Assembly: GCA_031430855.1 (NCBI GenBank)
Contig: JANPCG010000012.1
Location: 496-64,495, forward strand
Direction of reading: 5' to 3'
Source: Candidatus Kaiserbacteria bacterium
GTDB taxonomy: Bacteria > Patescibacteriota > Minisyncoccia > Phycocordibacterales > UBA918
DNA length: 64,000 bases
In this document: positions 48,625-58,348 of the stretch, piece after piece
How positions within the stretch are numbered: the first letter of the stretch is position 1
Layout of the letters: each line of letters starts with the position of its first letter
The notes under the pieces: generated by a model
What the model was told of the DNA's origin: nothing
Databases searched by the model: none
Seen by the model: the letters and a program-made list of their open reading frames with translations, nothing else
Translations under genes and position numbers: made by a program

Positions 48625-48897
48625 ATGACCGAACTTTATGCGATTGTGACAGGGATAGTACAAGGGGTTCGTTTTCGTGATTTTGTGCAAGTGTCTGCTA
48701 CAACGCTTGGGTTAACGGGCTTTGTGCGAAACAATACCGATGGTACGGTCACCGTTGTGGCTCATGGTCTGCCTGATGAATTAAAGTCGTTTGTGGAATA
48801 TCTTCATGAGGGTTCGCTGCAGGCTAAGGTGGAGGGTGTGTCGGTAGAGTGGCGAACTGCCCGTGCAACGTACGATGATTTTTCAGTGTTACAGTAA
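48625..48897 (+). CDS. acyP: Acylphosphatase
   Basis: G.VQGVRFR, GFVRNNTDGTV. Confidence 0.92.
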   Translation: MTELYAIVTGIVQGVRFRDFVQVSATTLGLTGFVRNNTDGTVTVVAHGLPDELKSFVEYLHEGSLQAKVEGVSVEWRTARATYDDFSVLQ

Positions 48898-48970
48898 CAT
48901 AAGCAAAAGCACATATTGCCAAATTGGCTTTTGATTGTTACTTTGTGACAACTAACTACATAAAAAATCC

Positions 48971-49666
48971 ATGCCTGACACAAATCAAAAAACCCCAGCA
49001 CTCGATTGCGTGGGATTTATCATGGATGGAAATAGACGCTGGGCAAAAGAACGTGGACTGCCAACTATGGAGGGTCATAAGCAAGGAGAAGATACGTTTT
49101 ACCAGTCCGCGCGCTGGATTAAAGAAATGGGAATACCACACGCGGTTTTTTACGCTTTTTCTACTGAAAATTGGCTTCGAGACAAAGCCGAAGTCGATTA
49201 TTTGATGGAGCTCTTTGTTTCGTTTATAAAAAAAATGAAAGCTGAGATTCACACTGATAAAGTCAGGATAAAAGTTATTGGTGAGCGGACAAAATTTAGT
49301 CAAGAATTACAAGATCTCATTAAAGAATCCGAAGAGATGAGTGCTGAGTACACGGACACTACTATCTGGGTAGCGCTTTCATATGGAGGTCGAACTGAAA
49401 TCCTTTCAGCCTGTAATCAGGCCATTAAGGCAGGGGTACCCATTGATGAGAAGACGTTTGCTTCACTTCTTTATACTGCCGGGATGCCTGACCCTGACCT
49501 CATTATTCGTACCGGGGGAGACCTGCGCACGTCTAATTTTTTACCGTGGCAAGCAGTCTATAGTGAACTCTATTTCACCGATACCTATTGGCCGGCATTT
49601 ACGAAAGACGAATTTACGCGTATTGTAGCGCAATATGGAGAAAGACAACGAAGGCGTGGAAAATAA
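48971..49666 (+). CDS. uppS: Undecaprenyl diphosphate synthase
   Basis: IMDGNRRWA, YAFSTENW, YGGR, DLIIRTGG..RTSNFL.WQ. Confidence 0.95.
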   Translation: MPDTNQKTPALDCVGFIMDGNRRWAKERGLPTMEGHKQGEDTFYQSARWIKEMGIPHAVFYAFSTENWLRDKAEVDYLMELFVSFIKKMKAEIHTDKVRIKVIGERTKFSQELQDLIKESEEMSAEYTDTTIWVALSYGGRTEILSACNQAIKAGVPIDEKTFASLLYTAGMPDPDLIIRTGGDLRTSNFLPWQAVYSELYFTDTYWPAFTKDEFTRIVAQYGERQRRRGK

Positions 49667-49667
49667 A

Positions 49668-50411
49668 ATGGCAGAGCCAGTTGTCCTGTTTGAGGACTCG
49701 GGTATTATGGTGGTGAGTAAACCATACGGCATGCTCGTGCATGAAGATTGGGGGTCGGGCAGTGAAGGGACCCTGGTTGATTGGTTTCTAAAACAAGTGC
49801 CGACAGCGAAAGGGGTAGGAGAACAGACGGTAACAACAACAGGCAAAGTACTTGAACGTTCAGGGGTGGTACATCGTCTGGATCGAGAGACTTCTGGAGT
49901 CATGGTATTGTCTAAAACCGCAGAAGCCCATGCTCACCTAAAAGCACAATTTCATGATCGGTTGGCAAAAAAAGAATATCGGGCATTTGTGTATGGTCGC
50001 ATGCATGAGCGGTGGGGGACTATAGATCGACCAATTGGTCGGAGCAACAAAGACTTCAAACTCCGTTCTGCCCAAAGGGGGGCTAAAGGAACTCTCAGAC
50101 CCGCGGTCACTGATTGGGAACGGATTGTATCCGGAGAGTATGAGGGTGAAATATTCTCGTACCTTAAACTAATTCCCAAAACTGGACGTACCCACCAGTT
50201 ACGGGTGCATCTTAAGGCTAACGACCGCCCAATCGTACAAGATGTACTCTATTCGGGTAAAAAACGCGAACAATCAAATAACCTCGGGTTGACGCGGTTA
50301 GCACTTCACGCCCATATCCTCGAGATTGCCCTCCCAACTGGACAAATTGAACGGTTTATAGCACCGGTACCGCATGAATTTGAGCTGGCAGCCGAACGTA
50401 TTGCAGAATAG
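49668..50411 (+). CDS. RluA family pseudouridine synthase
   Basis: KPYGMLVH, VHRLDRETSG, TGRTHQLRVH, LHA. Confidence 0.95.
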   Translation: MAEPVVLFEDSGIMVVSKPYGMLVHEDWGSGSEGTLVDWFLKQVPTAKGVGEQTVTTTGKVLERSGVVHRLDRETSGVMVLSKTAEAHAHLKAQFHDRLAKKEYRAFVYGRMHERWGTIDRPIGRSNKDFKLRSAQRGAKGTLRPAVTDWERIVSGEYEGEIFSYLKLIPKTGRTHQLRVHLKANDRPIVQDVLYSGKKREQSNNLGLTRLALHAHILEIALPTGQIERFIAPVPHEFELAAERIAE

Positions 50412-50467
50412 GGGTCGCTGTGGTAGATTATGGCACGTTTTAGACGGACACATTACTTTAAATTATT

Positions 50468-51100
50468 ATGACAACAACACTCGCGGGGGTAATTACCTCA
50501 CCAGTTCAGATGGAAGATCGTAAGTCGCTTGGCATCAAAGCTGGTGATACGGTTAAGGTACACCAAAAAATCGTCGATAAGGGTAAGACCCGTATCCAGA
50601 TTTTTGAAGGACTCGTATTGGCTCGAAAGCATGGTGACGAACCAGGAGCCACCTTTACTGTACGAAAAGTATCAAGTGGTATTGGTGTTGAGAAAATCTA
50701 CCCCCTCTATTCTCCTTTGATTGAGCAAATTGAAATTGTAAAGCGAGCCAAAGTTCGTCGTGCTAAGCTGTACTACATTCGTGAGAAAGTGGCTCGTGAG
50801 ATTAAGCGTCAAATGCGACGTATGTCACTCGTTTCTATGTCAACTGAATCCGAGACTGACGCAACTGCTCGAATTGACGCTGAGGCCAAAGTAGTAGCAG
50901 AAGCAGCCGCTCTAGCCGAAGCCGAAGCGGTAAAGGCAGCCACTCCAGAAGTAGAAGAAGTGGTAATTGAAGTTGTTCCGGAAGTTGAAGTAATTCCAGA
51001 GGCAGAGGTTGCAGAGGCAGCTACTCCTGAAGTAGCCGAAGTCGAATTTGCTCCAGAAGCACCTGCAGTTGAAACACCAACGGAAGAAAAGAAAGACTAA
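50468..51100 (+). CDS. rplS: 50S ribosomal protein L19 with acidic C-terminal extension
   Basis: GDTVKV, RIQIFEG, FTVRK.S.GIGVE, KVRRAKLYYIR. Confidence 0.96.
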   Translation: MTTTLAGVITSPVQMEDRKSLGIKAGDTVKVHQKIVDKGKTRIQIFEGLVLARKHGDEPGATFTVRKVSSGIGVEKIYPLYSPLIEQIEIVKRAKVRRAKLYYIREKVAREIKRQMRRMSLVSMSTESETDATARIDAEAKVVAEAAALAEAEAVKAATPEVEEVVIEVVPEVEVIPEAEVAEAATPEVAEVEFAPEAPAVETPTEEKKD

Positions 51101-51110
51101 TGATTCAATA

Positions 51111-51142
51111 AGAAAAACCCCGACCTCGGTCGGGGTTTTTCT
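51111..51142. terminator. Bidirectional terminator
   Basis: AGAAAAACCCCGACC-TC-GGTCGGGGTTTTTCT. Confidence 0.85.
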
Positions 51143-51867
51143 TATTCAACATCTTTGGCAGATCCAGTAAGTTTTTTACGAAGCATTGCTCCAATAATAC
51201 CAACCGTAAGACCAAAGAATACGAGTGCCGTAAACCGGGCCAGTATCATCACAATCGTACCACCAGTAGTAAGAGGATTTGGATACGTTCGGTCACCAAT
51301 AATGACTTGAAATACCCAGTACATTCCATGGAGGATAGTTGGTGCATCCCCATGTTCTTCCGTTAAATAAAATAGTGTACCAATAGTCACTATTGCAATG
51401 GTAAGTACAACAATATAAATTTCAAAATTTAACCCCAGTACAGCCTGGCTGCCGGCCTTTTTATCTGAAAAACGAGCTACCTTAATGAGTCGTAGGGTTC
51501 GTAACATTCGAACCACTCGAATGGCACGAGCAACCTTCAGGAAGGTGAGGTTTGTTAAACCCAGATACGTAGGCACAATAGCCAAAAAATCAATCATTCC
51601 ATAGAAGCTAAAAATGTACCCAACGCGATTTTTAGCGTAGTAAATACGTCCTAAGTACTCTGCTGTAAATATCCCTACGGTAATGTACTCAACGAGTCGT
51701 AGCCAGATTAACCAATCAGTAAGTTCAGGAACTGTTTCGAGAATAATTGCACATACCGATATTACGGTAACAAAGCCGAGACTATAGTTGAGCGGCAAGA
51801 AATAGCGGTGGCGAGGATTTTCTAGAGCTCGGTATAGATTATAAGTAAATGATTTTTGGTGAGACAT
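51142..51867 (-). CDS. 6-TM voltage-gated ion-channel-like protein
   Basis: IFTAEYLGR, IDFLAIVP, S4 with RxxRxxRxxR; pore region lacks TVGYG. Confidence 0.85.
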   Translation of the reverse strand: MSHQKSFTYNLYRALENPRHRYFLPLNYSLGFVTVISVCAIILETVPELTDWLIWLRLVEYITVGIFTAEYLGRIYYAKNRVGYIFSFYGMIDFLAIVPTYLGLTNLTFLKVARAIRVVRMLRTLRLIKVARFSDKKAGSQAVLGLNFEIYIVVLTIAIVTIGTLFYLTEEHGDAPTILHGMYWVFQVIIGDRTYPNPLTTGGTIVMILARFTALVFFGLTVGIIGAMLRKKLTGSAKDVE

Positions 51868-51930
51868 ATACAAAAAAGTATATCATTTTGTCTAGGTAGA
51901 ATTTACCTAGTATTCCTATATGATAAAGCT

Positions 51931-52770
51931 ATGACTATTGAAGAGAAATTTCACACGCTCATTTCGTTGGTTGAAACTGAAGGCTTAAAAGCCCGGGCCT
52001 ACTTTGACGATAATCAAAACGCCAACGAACAAAAAGCTGACGGTTCAGTGGTGACGCAGATTGATACAGATATTGAAGATGCCATTGTTGGATTTGTACG
52101 GACATATTTTCCTGAAGATACGATTATAGGAGAAGAGAGTGCTGGATATATCGGTACAAGTGATTTTGTGTGGCATATTGATCCAGTCGATGGGACCGAT
52201 AACTTTCTGCGTCGGATTCCGTTTTGCGCTATTTCCGTCGCTCGTCTTGGGAGTACGACTGAAGATTCATTTGGGATTGTCCATAACCCAATTACCAACC
52301 AAACCTTCGCAGCCTTGATGGATAATGGTGTTTATGAAAGAGAACATGTCCATGTGCTAACCAACGAATTGCTTGGTGGGAGAGCTGTATTTTCAATTAG
52401 TAGAGGAAGGGACGACTGGATGAAATCAGCTGCCTTTAATCTATTTAAAGTTATCGGTACCAGCTTAGGTAAATGCAGTATATTTAATTGTACAGCGTTA
52501 GAATTAGCTTATATTGCAGCTAATCGGATTGATGGACAACTAATATTTGGTTTACATTCCTACGATTACGCTGCTGGACTATTCCTAGTTAAAGCTGCTG
52601 GTGGACAAATTAGCGTCTTCCGTAATGGAGTCTGGTCATCCTGGACTGGTAGTCTTAAAGAACTCTGTGCTGTCCACGGCGAAATCATGTTCATTTCCCA
52701 TAGTGGGATTCACGACGATGCTCTGAAACTTATTGGTGATCCGAGAACTTGGTCAGACGAATCAGCTTGA
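51931..52770 (+). CDS. Inositol monophosphatase family protein
   Basis: K.DGSVVT, GEE, WHIDPVDGTDNF, YDYAAG. Confidence 0.92.
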   Translation: MTIEEKFHTLISLVETEGLKARAYFDDNQNANEQKADGSVVTQIDTDIEDAIVGFVRTYFPEDTIIGEESAGYIGTSDFVWHIDPVDGTDNFLRRIPFCAISVARLGSTTEDSFGIVHNPITNQTFAALMDNGVYEREHVHVLTNELLGGRAVFSISRGRDDWMKSAAFNLFKVIGTSLGKCSIFNCTALELAYIAANRIDGQLIFGLHSYDYAAGLFLVKAAGGQISVFRNGVWSSWTGSLKELCAVHGEIMFISHSGIHDDALKLIGDPRTWSDESA

Positions 52771-52826
52771 AGTATCGAGCCGTTTAGGGCATAATGGCGC
52801 CACCTCAAAAGAACGAACGGATAGAT

Positions 52827-52908
52827 GCCCAGGTGGGGAAATTGGTAGACCCACTACCTTGAGGTGGTAGCGCTTTCGGGCATGCTGGTTCAAGTCCAGT
52901 CCTGGGCA
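52827..52908 (+). tRNA. tRNA-Leu(GAG)
   Basis: GCCCAGG...CTACC-TTGAGGT-GGTAG, variable arm, GGTTCAAGTCC...CCTGGGCA. Confidence 0.95.
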
Positions 52909-53170
52909 CACGAGCGAAAATTAAAATCACTAGTCTTTTAAAAGACTAGTGATTTTAATTTAGTACCTGCCTTGCGGCAGGTACGGCGCTTGTGTGAACC
53001 GCAGCGATGTTTCTTTTTCACCCAGAAAAAGAAACCGCGAGGTGGGGTCGAGAACACTTGGTAGATTAGGAGCAAAGCGAACTAATATACCTAGTGATTC
53101 GTGACCAAGAAATAAATCTATCACAGAAACTTGACCCAAAGCGAAAAATTAAAGTTAGTAACTCGTGACC
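52909..53170 (+). repeat. tRNA-Leu trailer element
   Basis: Long hairpin, ACCTGCCTTGCGGCAGGT, CAGCGATGTTTC..GAAACCGCGAGG, GGGGTCGAG..GAGCAAAGCGA..TCGTGACC, second GTAACTCGTGACC. Confidence 0.85.
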
Positions 53171-53274
53171 AATAGAAACATATTTCCATCCCAAACAATC
53201 CCCAAGTAAATGTAAAGCTAACTTGACATTAGCCACTGCTCATATATTCTAGGTTTATAACCTAATTATTTTAT

Positions 53275-53934
53275 ATGAAAAATTCGCAAGGCTTTGGAGT
53301 ATTAGCAGTAGTAGGAATTATTGCTGTTGTCGCACTGATTGGAGGCTTCGTTTTTGTGACCGGTCAAAATAGTGATAAAGCGGCCATGGAAGCTAAAGTG
53401 ATGGAGGATAAAATGAAAATGGAAGAAGGGGCAATGATGGAGAAAAAAGCGATGGAAGAAAAAGCTATGACTGATAAAGAAATGGGAGTTGGACAAGAAG
53501 GAGACAAGATGGAAACAGAAGCAGATACAATGATGAAAAAAGATGATGCTATGAAAGCAGACGACAGTAATATGAAGAAAGATGAAGCAGGGACAATGAT
53601 GAAAAAGGATGATAGTGCCATGATGGAAAAAACAGGAACGTATGCAACGTATAGTGCCAATACCTTAGCAATAGCCCAAAAAGGAAGAGTAGTATTATTT
53701 TTCCACGCTGGCTGGTGTCCAACCTGCCGATCAGCTGATTCTGATATTACTGCAGGAGCAGCTACCATTCCAGCTGGCGTAACTATTCTCAAGACAGACT
53801 ATGACAAAGAAATTGCTCTCAAAAAGAAATACGGCGTAACGACACAGCACACGTTTGTTGAAGTTGATGCAAATGGTACCTTGATTCAAAAGTGGTCAGG
53901 GGGAAATTTAGCAGGCATTATTGCTAAGTTATAA
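53275..53934 (+). CDS. Membrane-anchored thioredoxin with Met-rich linker
   Basis: TM, MMKKD-type repeats, WCPTC. Confidence 0.9.
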   Translation: MKNSQGFGVLAVVGIIAVVALIGGFVFVTGQNSDKAAMEAKVMEDKMKMEEGAMMEKKAMEEKAMTDKEMGVGQEGDKMETEADTMMKKDDAMKADDSNMKKDEAGTMMKKDDSAMMEKTGTYATYSANTLAIAQKGRVVLFFHAGWCPTCRSADSDITAGAATIPAGVTILKTDYDKEIALKKKYGVTTQHTFVEVDANGTLIQKWSGGNLAGIIAKL

Positions 53935-53943
53935 TCTATCGAG

Positions 53944-54669
53944 ATGACATTCTTTGTAATCTCATTTTTGGCAGGAATGCTTACAGTCTTGGCTCCGTGC
54001 ATTTTGCCGTTGCTGCCGGTCGTGATTGGGGCTGGTGCTACTGGCCGAAGTAAAGTAACGCCGTACATTGTGATAGCTAGTTTAGGAGCATCAATAATTA
54101 TCTTTACTTTTCTACTTAAAGTTAGTACCGCCTTTATTACCATTCCACCCAGTTTTTGGACGTATCTCTCCGGCGGAATCCTTGTTGGTTTTGGACTGAT
54201 TCTTTTGTTTCCTTCTCTGTGGGAGAGGCTGCCCGGAATGGCTAAACTATCAGGCCGGTCAAACAAATTAGTTGGCGCCGGGTATCAAAAAAAGACGATT
54301 TGGGGCGACATGATTATTGGGGCCGCTCTTGGTCCGGTATTCTCGACGTGTAGTCCAACGTACTTTGTTATTCTCGCCACCGTACTGCCGGCGAGTTTCT
54401 TGCTCGGGACGGTATATTTACTAGCCTACATTTTTGGTTTGTCGCTCGTATTGCTCCTAATTTCACTCCTTGGACAAAAATTTGCTGATAGACTGACGAA
54501 ATTTTCGGACTCTCGTGGGGGTGTGAAAATTGTCATGGGTATTTTATTTGTGATTTTAGGTTTTCTGATAATGGCAGGCTTGGACAAAAAAATTGAAATA
54601 TACATCCTGGATAGTGGCTACTTCGATGTGACTAAAATTGAACAAAAATTACTTGAAACAACACAATGA
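53944..54669 (+). CDS. ccdA: CcdA/DsbD-family membrane electron transporter
   Basis: LAPCILP and STCSP Cys motifs; 6 TMs. Confidence 0.88.
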   Translation: MTFFVISFLAGMLTVLAPCILPLLPVVIGAGATGRSKVTPYIVIASLGASIIIFTFLLKVSTAFITIPPSFWTYLSGGILVGFGLILLFPSLWERLPGMAKLSGRSNKLVGAGYQKKTIWGDMIIGAALGPVFSTCSPTYFVILATVLPASFLLGTVYLLAYIFGLSLVLLLISLLGQKFADRLTKFSDSRGGVKIVMGILFVILGFLIMAGLDKKIEIYILDSGYFDVTKIEQKLLETTQ

Positions 54670-55445
54670 AAATTGTCCTTATGTTAATTGGGGTACTATT
54701 AATTGGTTCGGGGATATATCTTTTTGTTGTCCAAATAAGTACTGCACCACAACCAAGTAAAGTAATTGATTTTTCATCAGCTCCTAAAATAGTAGCTGAT
54801 GAAATGTGTACCTCAACTGCTTGTATGAATAAGGCTGAACAAATTGCTCAAAATACCGCTATTAGCATGCCTGTAGAAGCAGAATCAGCTGAGTCAGAAA
54901 AACCCGTTGTAGCGAAAAATCCTATCACACAGGCAGTAGCTGAAACGATCAAAAAGGAAATTTCTAAACCACATGTGACACCGCCAAAAGAAAACAATAA
55001 ATATACCGAGTTTGTAAATCCGAGTGGTTTTGTGAATAGCGAACCATTCACGATGGCGGATTATGTCGGCAAAAAAGTTATTCTCGTTGAATTTATCACC
55101 TACACTTGTATTAATTGTCAGCGGACCTTTCCCTCTATGAAACAGTGGAATGAGACCTATGCTAAAGATGGTTTACTGGTCATAGGAATTCATACGCCAG
55201 AGTTTGCCTACGAACGTGACCGGGATAATGTTATTGCAGCTATGAAAAAAGAAGGAATAACATTCCCCATTGTGCAAGATAACGATTATGCCACCTGGAA
55301 TGCGTACAAAAACCGGTTTTGGCCACACCGGTATGTCATTGATTATGATGGCAATGTCGTCTTTGACCACATTGGAGAGGGGGCGTATGCTGAGACAGAA
55401 GCTGTTATTCAAAAGCTGTTGCAAAAGAAACCGGTAGAGGTATAA
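54666..55445 (+). CDS. DipZ-like redoxin
   Basis: TYTCINCQRT, IGIHTPEF.YE, DNDYATW..Y.N..WP. Confidence 0.88.
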   Translation: MKIVLMLIGVLLIGSGIYLFVVQISTAPQPSKVIDFSSAPKIVADEMCTSTACMNKAEQIAQNTAISMPVEAESAESEKPVVAKNPITQAVAETIKKEISKPHVTPPKENNKYTEFVNPSGFVNSEPFTMADYVGKKVILVEFITYTCINCQRTFPSMKQWNETYAKDGLLVIGIHTPEFAYERDRDNVIAAMKKEGITFPIVQDNDYATWNAYKNRFWPHRYVIDYDGNVVFDHIGEGAYAETEAVIQKLLQKKPVEV

Positions 55446-55503
55446 GTAGCATAGATATCTGCTTGGATATTGTTGTATTAATGAGGTGGGGATTATATCG
55501 AAT

Positions 55504-55695
55504 ATGCTTAATAATTTAGTCCATACAAAACGAAAAGCGGTCGGTATCACTCAAGAAGATTTAGCGGTGGCAATCGGAGTTACTCGCCAAACTATTATTT
55601 CCATTGAAAAGGGCAACTACGTACCGTCAGTATTACTCGCACTAAAAATCGCAGACTTCTTCAAGGTTCCTGTTGAAGAGGTGTTTTATATATAA
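55504..55695 (+). CDS. XRE-family HTH regulator
   Basis: TQEDLA..IGVTRQTI.SIEKGNY.PS..LA.KIA. Confidence 0.92.
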   Translation: MLNNLVHTKRKAVGITQEDLAVAIGVTRQTIISIEKGNYVPSVLLALKIADFFKVPVEEVFYI

Positions 55696-55702
55696 TCGTA
55701 TT

Positions 55703-56059
55703 ATGACAAAAGATATTCTGGTTCCCATTACTGTGATTGTGTCAGCGTTGGCATTTATTGATCCGTTTATGTATTTGATGCCGAGTGTAATGGTCTCAGT
55801 GGTGTTAGGGGTTTTAATGGTGTCGTCACTCGGATATGCTTTAATTGTTTTTAAAGAGGGAGCCCGAGATGAGCGAGAAGTGAGTTTGCGGGCGTTTGCA
55901 GACAGAATAACGTGCTTGGTTGGAACGACCGTTTTGGTAGGAGTAATTGTGTATCAAGTGCTGGTTATCCATCGGGTTGATACCTTTATCGTCGTAATTT
56001 TACTCGTGATGATTGTGACAAAGTTTCTGGCTCATTTATACGCTGACCGGCGATTATAA
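55703..56059 (+). CDS. Small membrane protein paired with the XRE regulator
   Basis: 4 TMs, DERE motif. Confidence 0.8.
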   Translation: MTKDILVPITVIVSALAFIDPFMYLMPSVMVSVVLGVLMVSSLGYALIVFKEGARDEREVSLRAFADRITCLVGTTVLVGVIVYQVLVIHRVDTFIVVILLVMIVTKFLAHLYADRRL

Positions 56060-56119
56060 GTAGATAACCTTGATGTATTTGCCGGATTTTAAAATCGGTA
56101 TTCTGTTATACTGTGCAGC

Positions 56120-56560
56120 ATGCAAACAAAAATCGTTCACTCATACGGTATCATCCCAATTCGGAAAACAGATACCGGATTAGAGATGCTCGTGATTCAT
56201 ATGTATGGGAGCGCTGGTGGTACCCATTGGACATTCCCCAAAGGTCGGCCGGAAGTAGGGGAGACACCGATTGTGAGCGCACTTCGTGAGTGTAAAGAAG
56301 AAGTTGGTATTACTCCCGCTACCGTATGGGAGGATGCCCCAATTGTTGAATCATATACATTCGTTCATGATGATACTCAGGTTGAAAAAACGGTCACCTT
56401 CTACATTGGTATGGTCGAAAACTCCGACATCACTATTCAGCCGGAAGAAATAAAAGAAGCCTTTTGGTTGCCGGTAGGGGAAGTGATGGAGAAGTTGACC
56501 CACGATAGTTCGAAGTCAATTTTCATCCAGGCAAAGACTCTAATGGCGAAGAGAATTTAA
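56120..56560 (+). CDS. Nudix hydrolase (Ap4A hydrolase-like)
   Basis: HWTFPKG.PE.GE....SALRECKEEVG. Confidence 0.92.
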   Translation: MQTKIVHSYGIIPIRKTDTGLEMLVIHMYGSAGGTHWTFPKGRPEVGETPIVSALRECKEEVGITPATVWEDAPIVESYTFVHDDTQVEKTVTFYIGMVENSDITIQPEEIKEAFWLPVGEVMEKLTHDSSKSIFIQAKTLMAKRI

Positions 56561-57549
56561 CGTTTGATTGCTCGTACTGACGCAATGTACGCAATGCTGA
56601 TGCAAACGAGGCCAATGAGACCAGTGAGCGTTGTTGGTACTGGTATAATGACCCCTACGAGCATTGCGATTGCGAGACCAAGGATGGCCCACTGAGCACC
56701 TTGTTCGAGATAAATTAAGTGGGAAAGAGTTTTTTGAGCAACGAGAAATACGGTAAGGGATCGCACAAAAAGTGCGCCGACCCCAAGTCCAACCATGATA
56801 ATGAGGAGGTTCGTCGAAAGTGCAAAAGCACCAATGACGCCATCGAGTGAAAAAGCCGAGTCCAATACATTGAGGTAGACAAATAATGCTAAGCCGCCAC
56901 CGATGAGGCGATGTTTTTTGAGTGAGACTATATACGACACACCCTCCATCACTATAAATAGAAGTATTCCAATCAGTCCAGCACTGAGTATTTCAAGTTG
57001 CGGGTGATCGGTCGCTAATGAGACGCCTGTTAGTATCAAGACGGCGAGGGCAACCTCAATGACGCCAACCCGACACCAGTGTTCTAGATGACGTTCTGCG
57101 TTACTCACAAAGGGAATTGATTTACCTAGTCGGAAAAAATACGCGAGTGATACCATCAGTAAAAACATCCCCCCAAACGTTGTAATAGAGCCCTCGATAC
57201 TTGAAAGGAGGAGGCTGTAGGTCTCAGGGTCACTCAGGGCCAGATAGGTAATAGTAAAGGGAGATACTGCTGCGGCAATACTCACAATCAAAATAGGTAA
57301 CAAAAACCGCGTCCCAAAAACCGCAATCAAAATTCCCCAAGTGAGAAATCGCTTTTGCCAGAGTGGATCCATGCGCTCCAGAGTACGAGCGTTGACGACT
57401 GCATTATCAAATGAGAGAGTTACTTCTAAAATGCAGAGGGTGATTACTAGGAATAATCCTGTCAGGCCCGCTTCGTACCAAACGACCGCAAAACCTACAA
57501 CCGCAATGATGCTTGGCCACAAAAAAAGTGAATGGTGAGAGGGGGTCAT
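56557..57549 (-). CDS. DUF475/TerC-like membrane protein
   Basis: LEVTLSFDNAVVNA, FLTWG, LDSAFSLDGVIGAFA. Confidence 0.9.
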   Translation of the reverse strand: MTPSHHSLFLWPSIIAVVGFAVVWYEAGLTGLFLVITLCILEVTLSFDNAVVNARTLERMDPLWQKRFLTWGILIAVFGTRFLLPILIVSIAAAVSPFTITYLALSDPETYSLLLSSIEGSITTFGGMFLLMVSLAYFFRLGKSIPFVSNAERHLEHWCRVGVIEVALAVLILTGVSLATDHPQLEILSAGLIGILLFIVMEGVSYIVSLKKHRLIGGGLALFVYLNVLDSAFSLDGVIGAFALSTNLLIIMVGLGVGALFVRSLTVFLVAQKTLSHLIYLEQGAQWAILGLAIAMLVGVIIPVPTTLTGLIGLVCISIAYIASVRAIKR

Positions 57550-57593
57550 GAGGGGTAGTACAACCCTGTAAGTATAACTTACTCAGAATCAGG

Positions 57594-58280
57594 TTACGTG
57601 TAGTGTGCTTCTCTCAGTTTATAGATACCAACCGCAAAAAATATTAATGCCACTACTGCTACTGACAAAAATCCTTCTTTGTTATCAACGGTCTTGATAT
57701 CAATGACATACGGAATCAAAAAGGTAGTGACGAGCATTCCAAGACTCACAATAAATTTAACCCGTACCGACGAGAGAAATACGCGCCAGGGATTACCACC
57801 TTCAGTAATCTGCGCCACTTCGTAATTAGCCCGAAAGGCGGGGAACCAGGTTGTAAACAGACTATCTGAAACGGTGGTATTAGGTGCTATAGAGGTTCCA
57901 AGAATTTTTTTCTGGTAGGTACGCGCCATAATAATATTAACTGCCCCGGCCGCGCACCAGCCAAAGAAAATAGTAGCAATCGTACCAACAAATACTAATG
58001 GTCCTCCGGCCTGAGAAAGGATGGTAAGAATAAGGATAATCGTAGACCCCGGGAAGAAGTTACCAAAGAAGTAGAGTCCCTCGAGGAAAATTGCTAAAAA
58101 GGCAGCAATGTAAATGTATATCCCATCTGCGTTTTCGAGAAAACCGACAAGCTCCTCTACGCCGGGGATTCCAACATCAAGTATTCCTAAGAGGCCGTAG
58201 GTCGAGAGGGCACAGCCAGAAACTATCCATACCAAGGCTCCGTAATATCGTGATGTGTGTGGGGTTACTGTGGTATTCAT
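57594..58280 (-). CDS. DedA-like membrane protein
   Basis: FLEGL.FFG.FFPGS; multiple TMs. Confidence 0.7.
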   Translation of the reverse strand: MNTTVTPHTSRYYGALVWIVSGCALSTYGLLGILDVGIPGVEELVGFLENADGIYIYIAAFLAIFLEGLYFFGNFFPGSTIILILTILSQAGGPLVFVGTIATIFFGWCAAGAVNIIMARTYQKKILGTSIAPNTTVSDSLFTTWFPAFRANYEVAQITEGGNPWRVFLSSVRVKFIVSLGMLVTTFLIPYVIDIKTVDNKEGFLSVAVVALIFFAVGIYKLREAHYT

Positions 58281-58348
58281 GGCTCTGATTGTAGCAGACT
58301 ATCGTTAAAGTACTACTGCGTATGGGTATGCGGTATAATGCCGGGTAT

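Noticed and set aside
53380-53640. Periodic ATGATGAAAAA repeats
   Set aside because: Explained by the Met/Lys/Asp-rich coding linker
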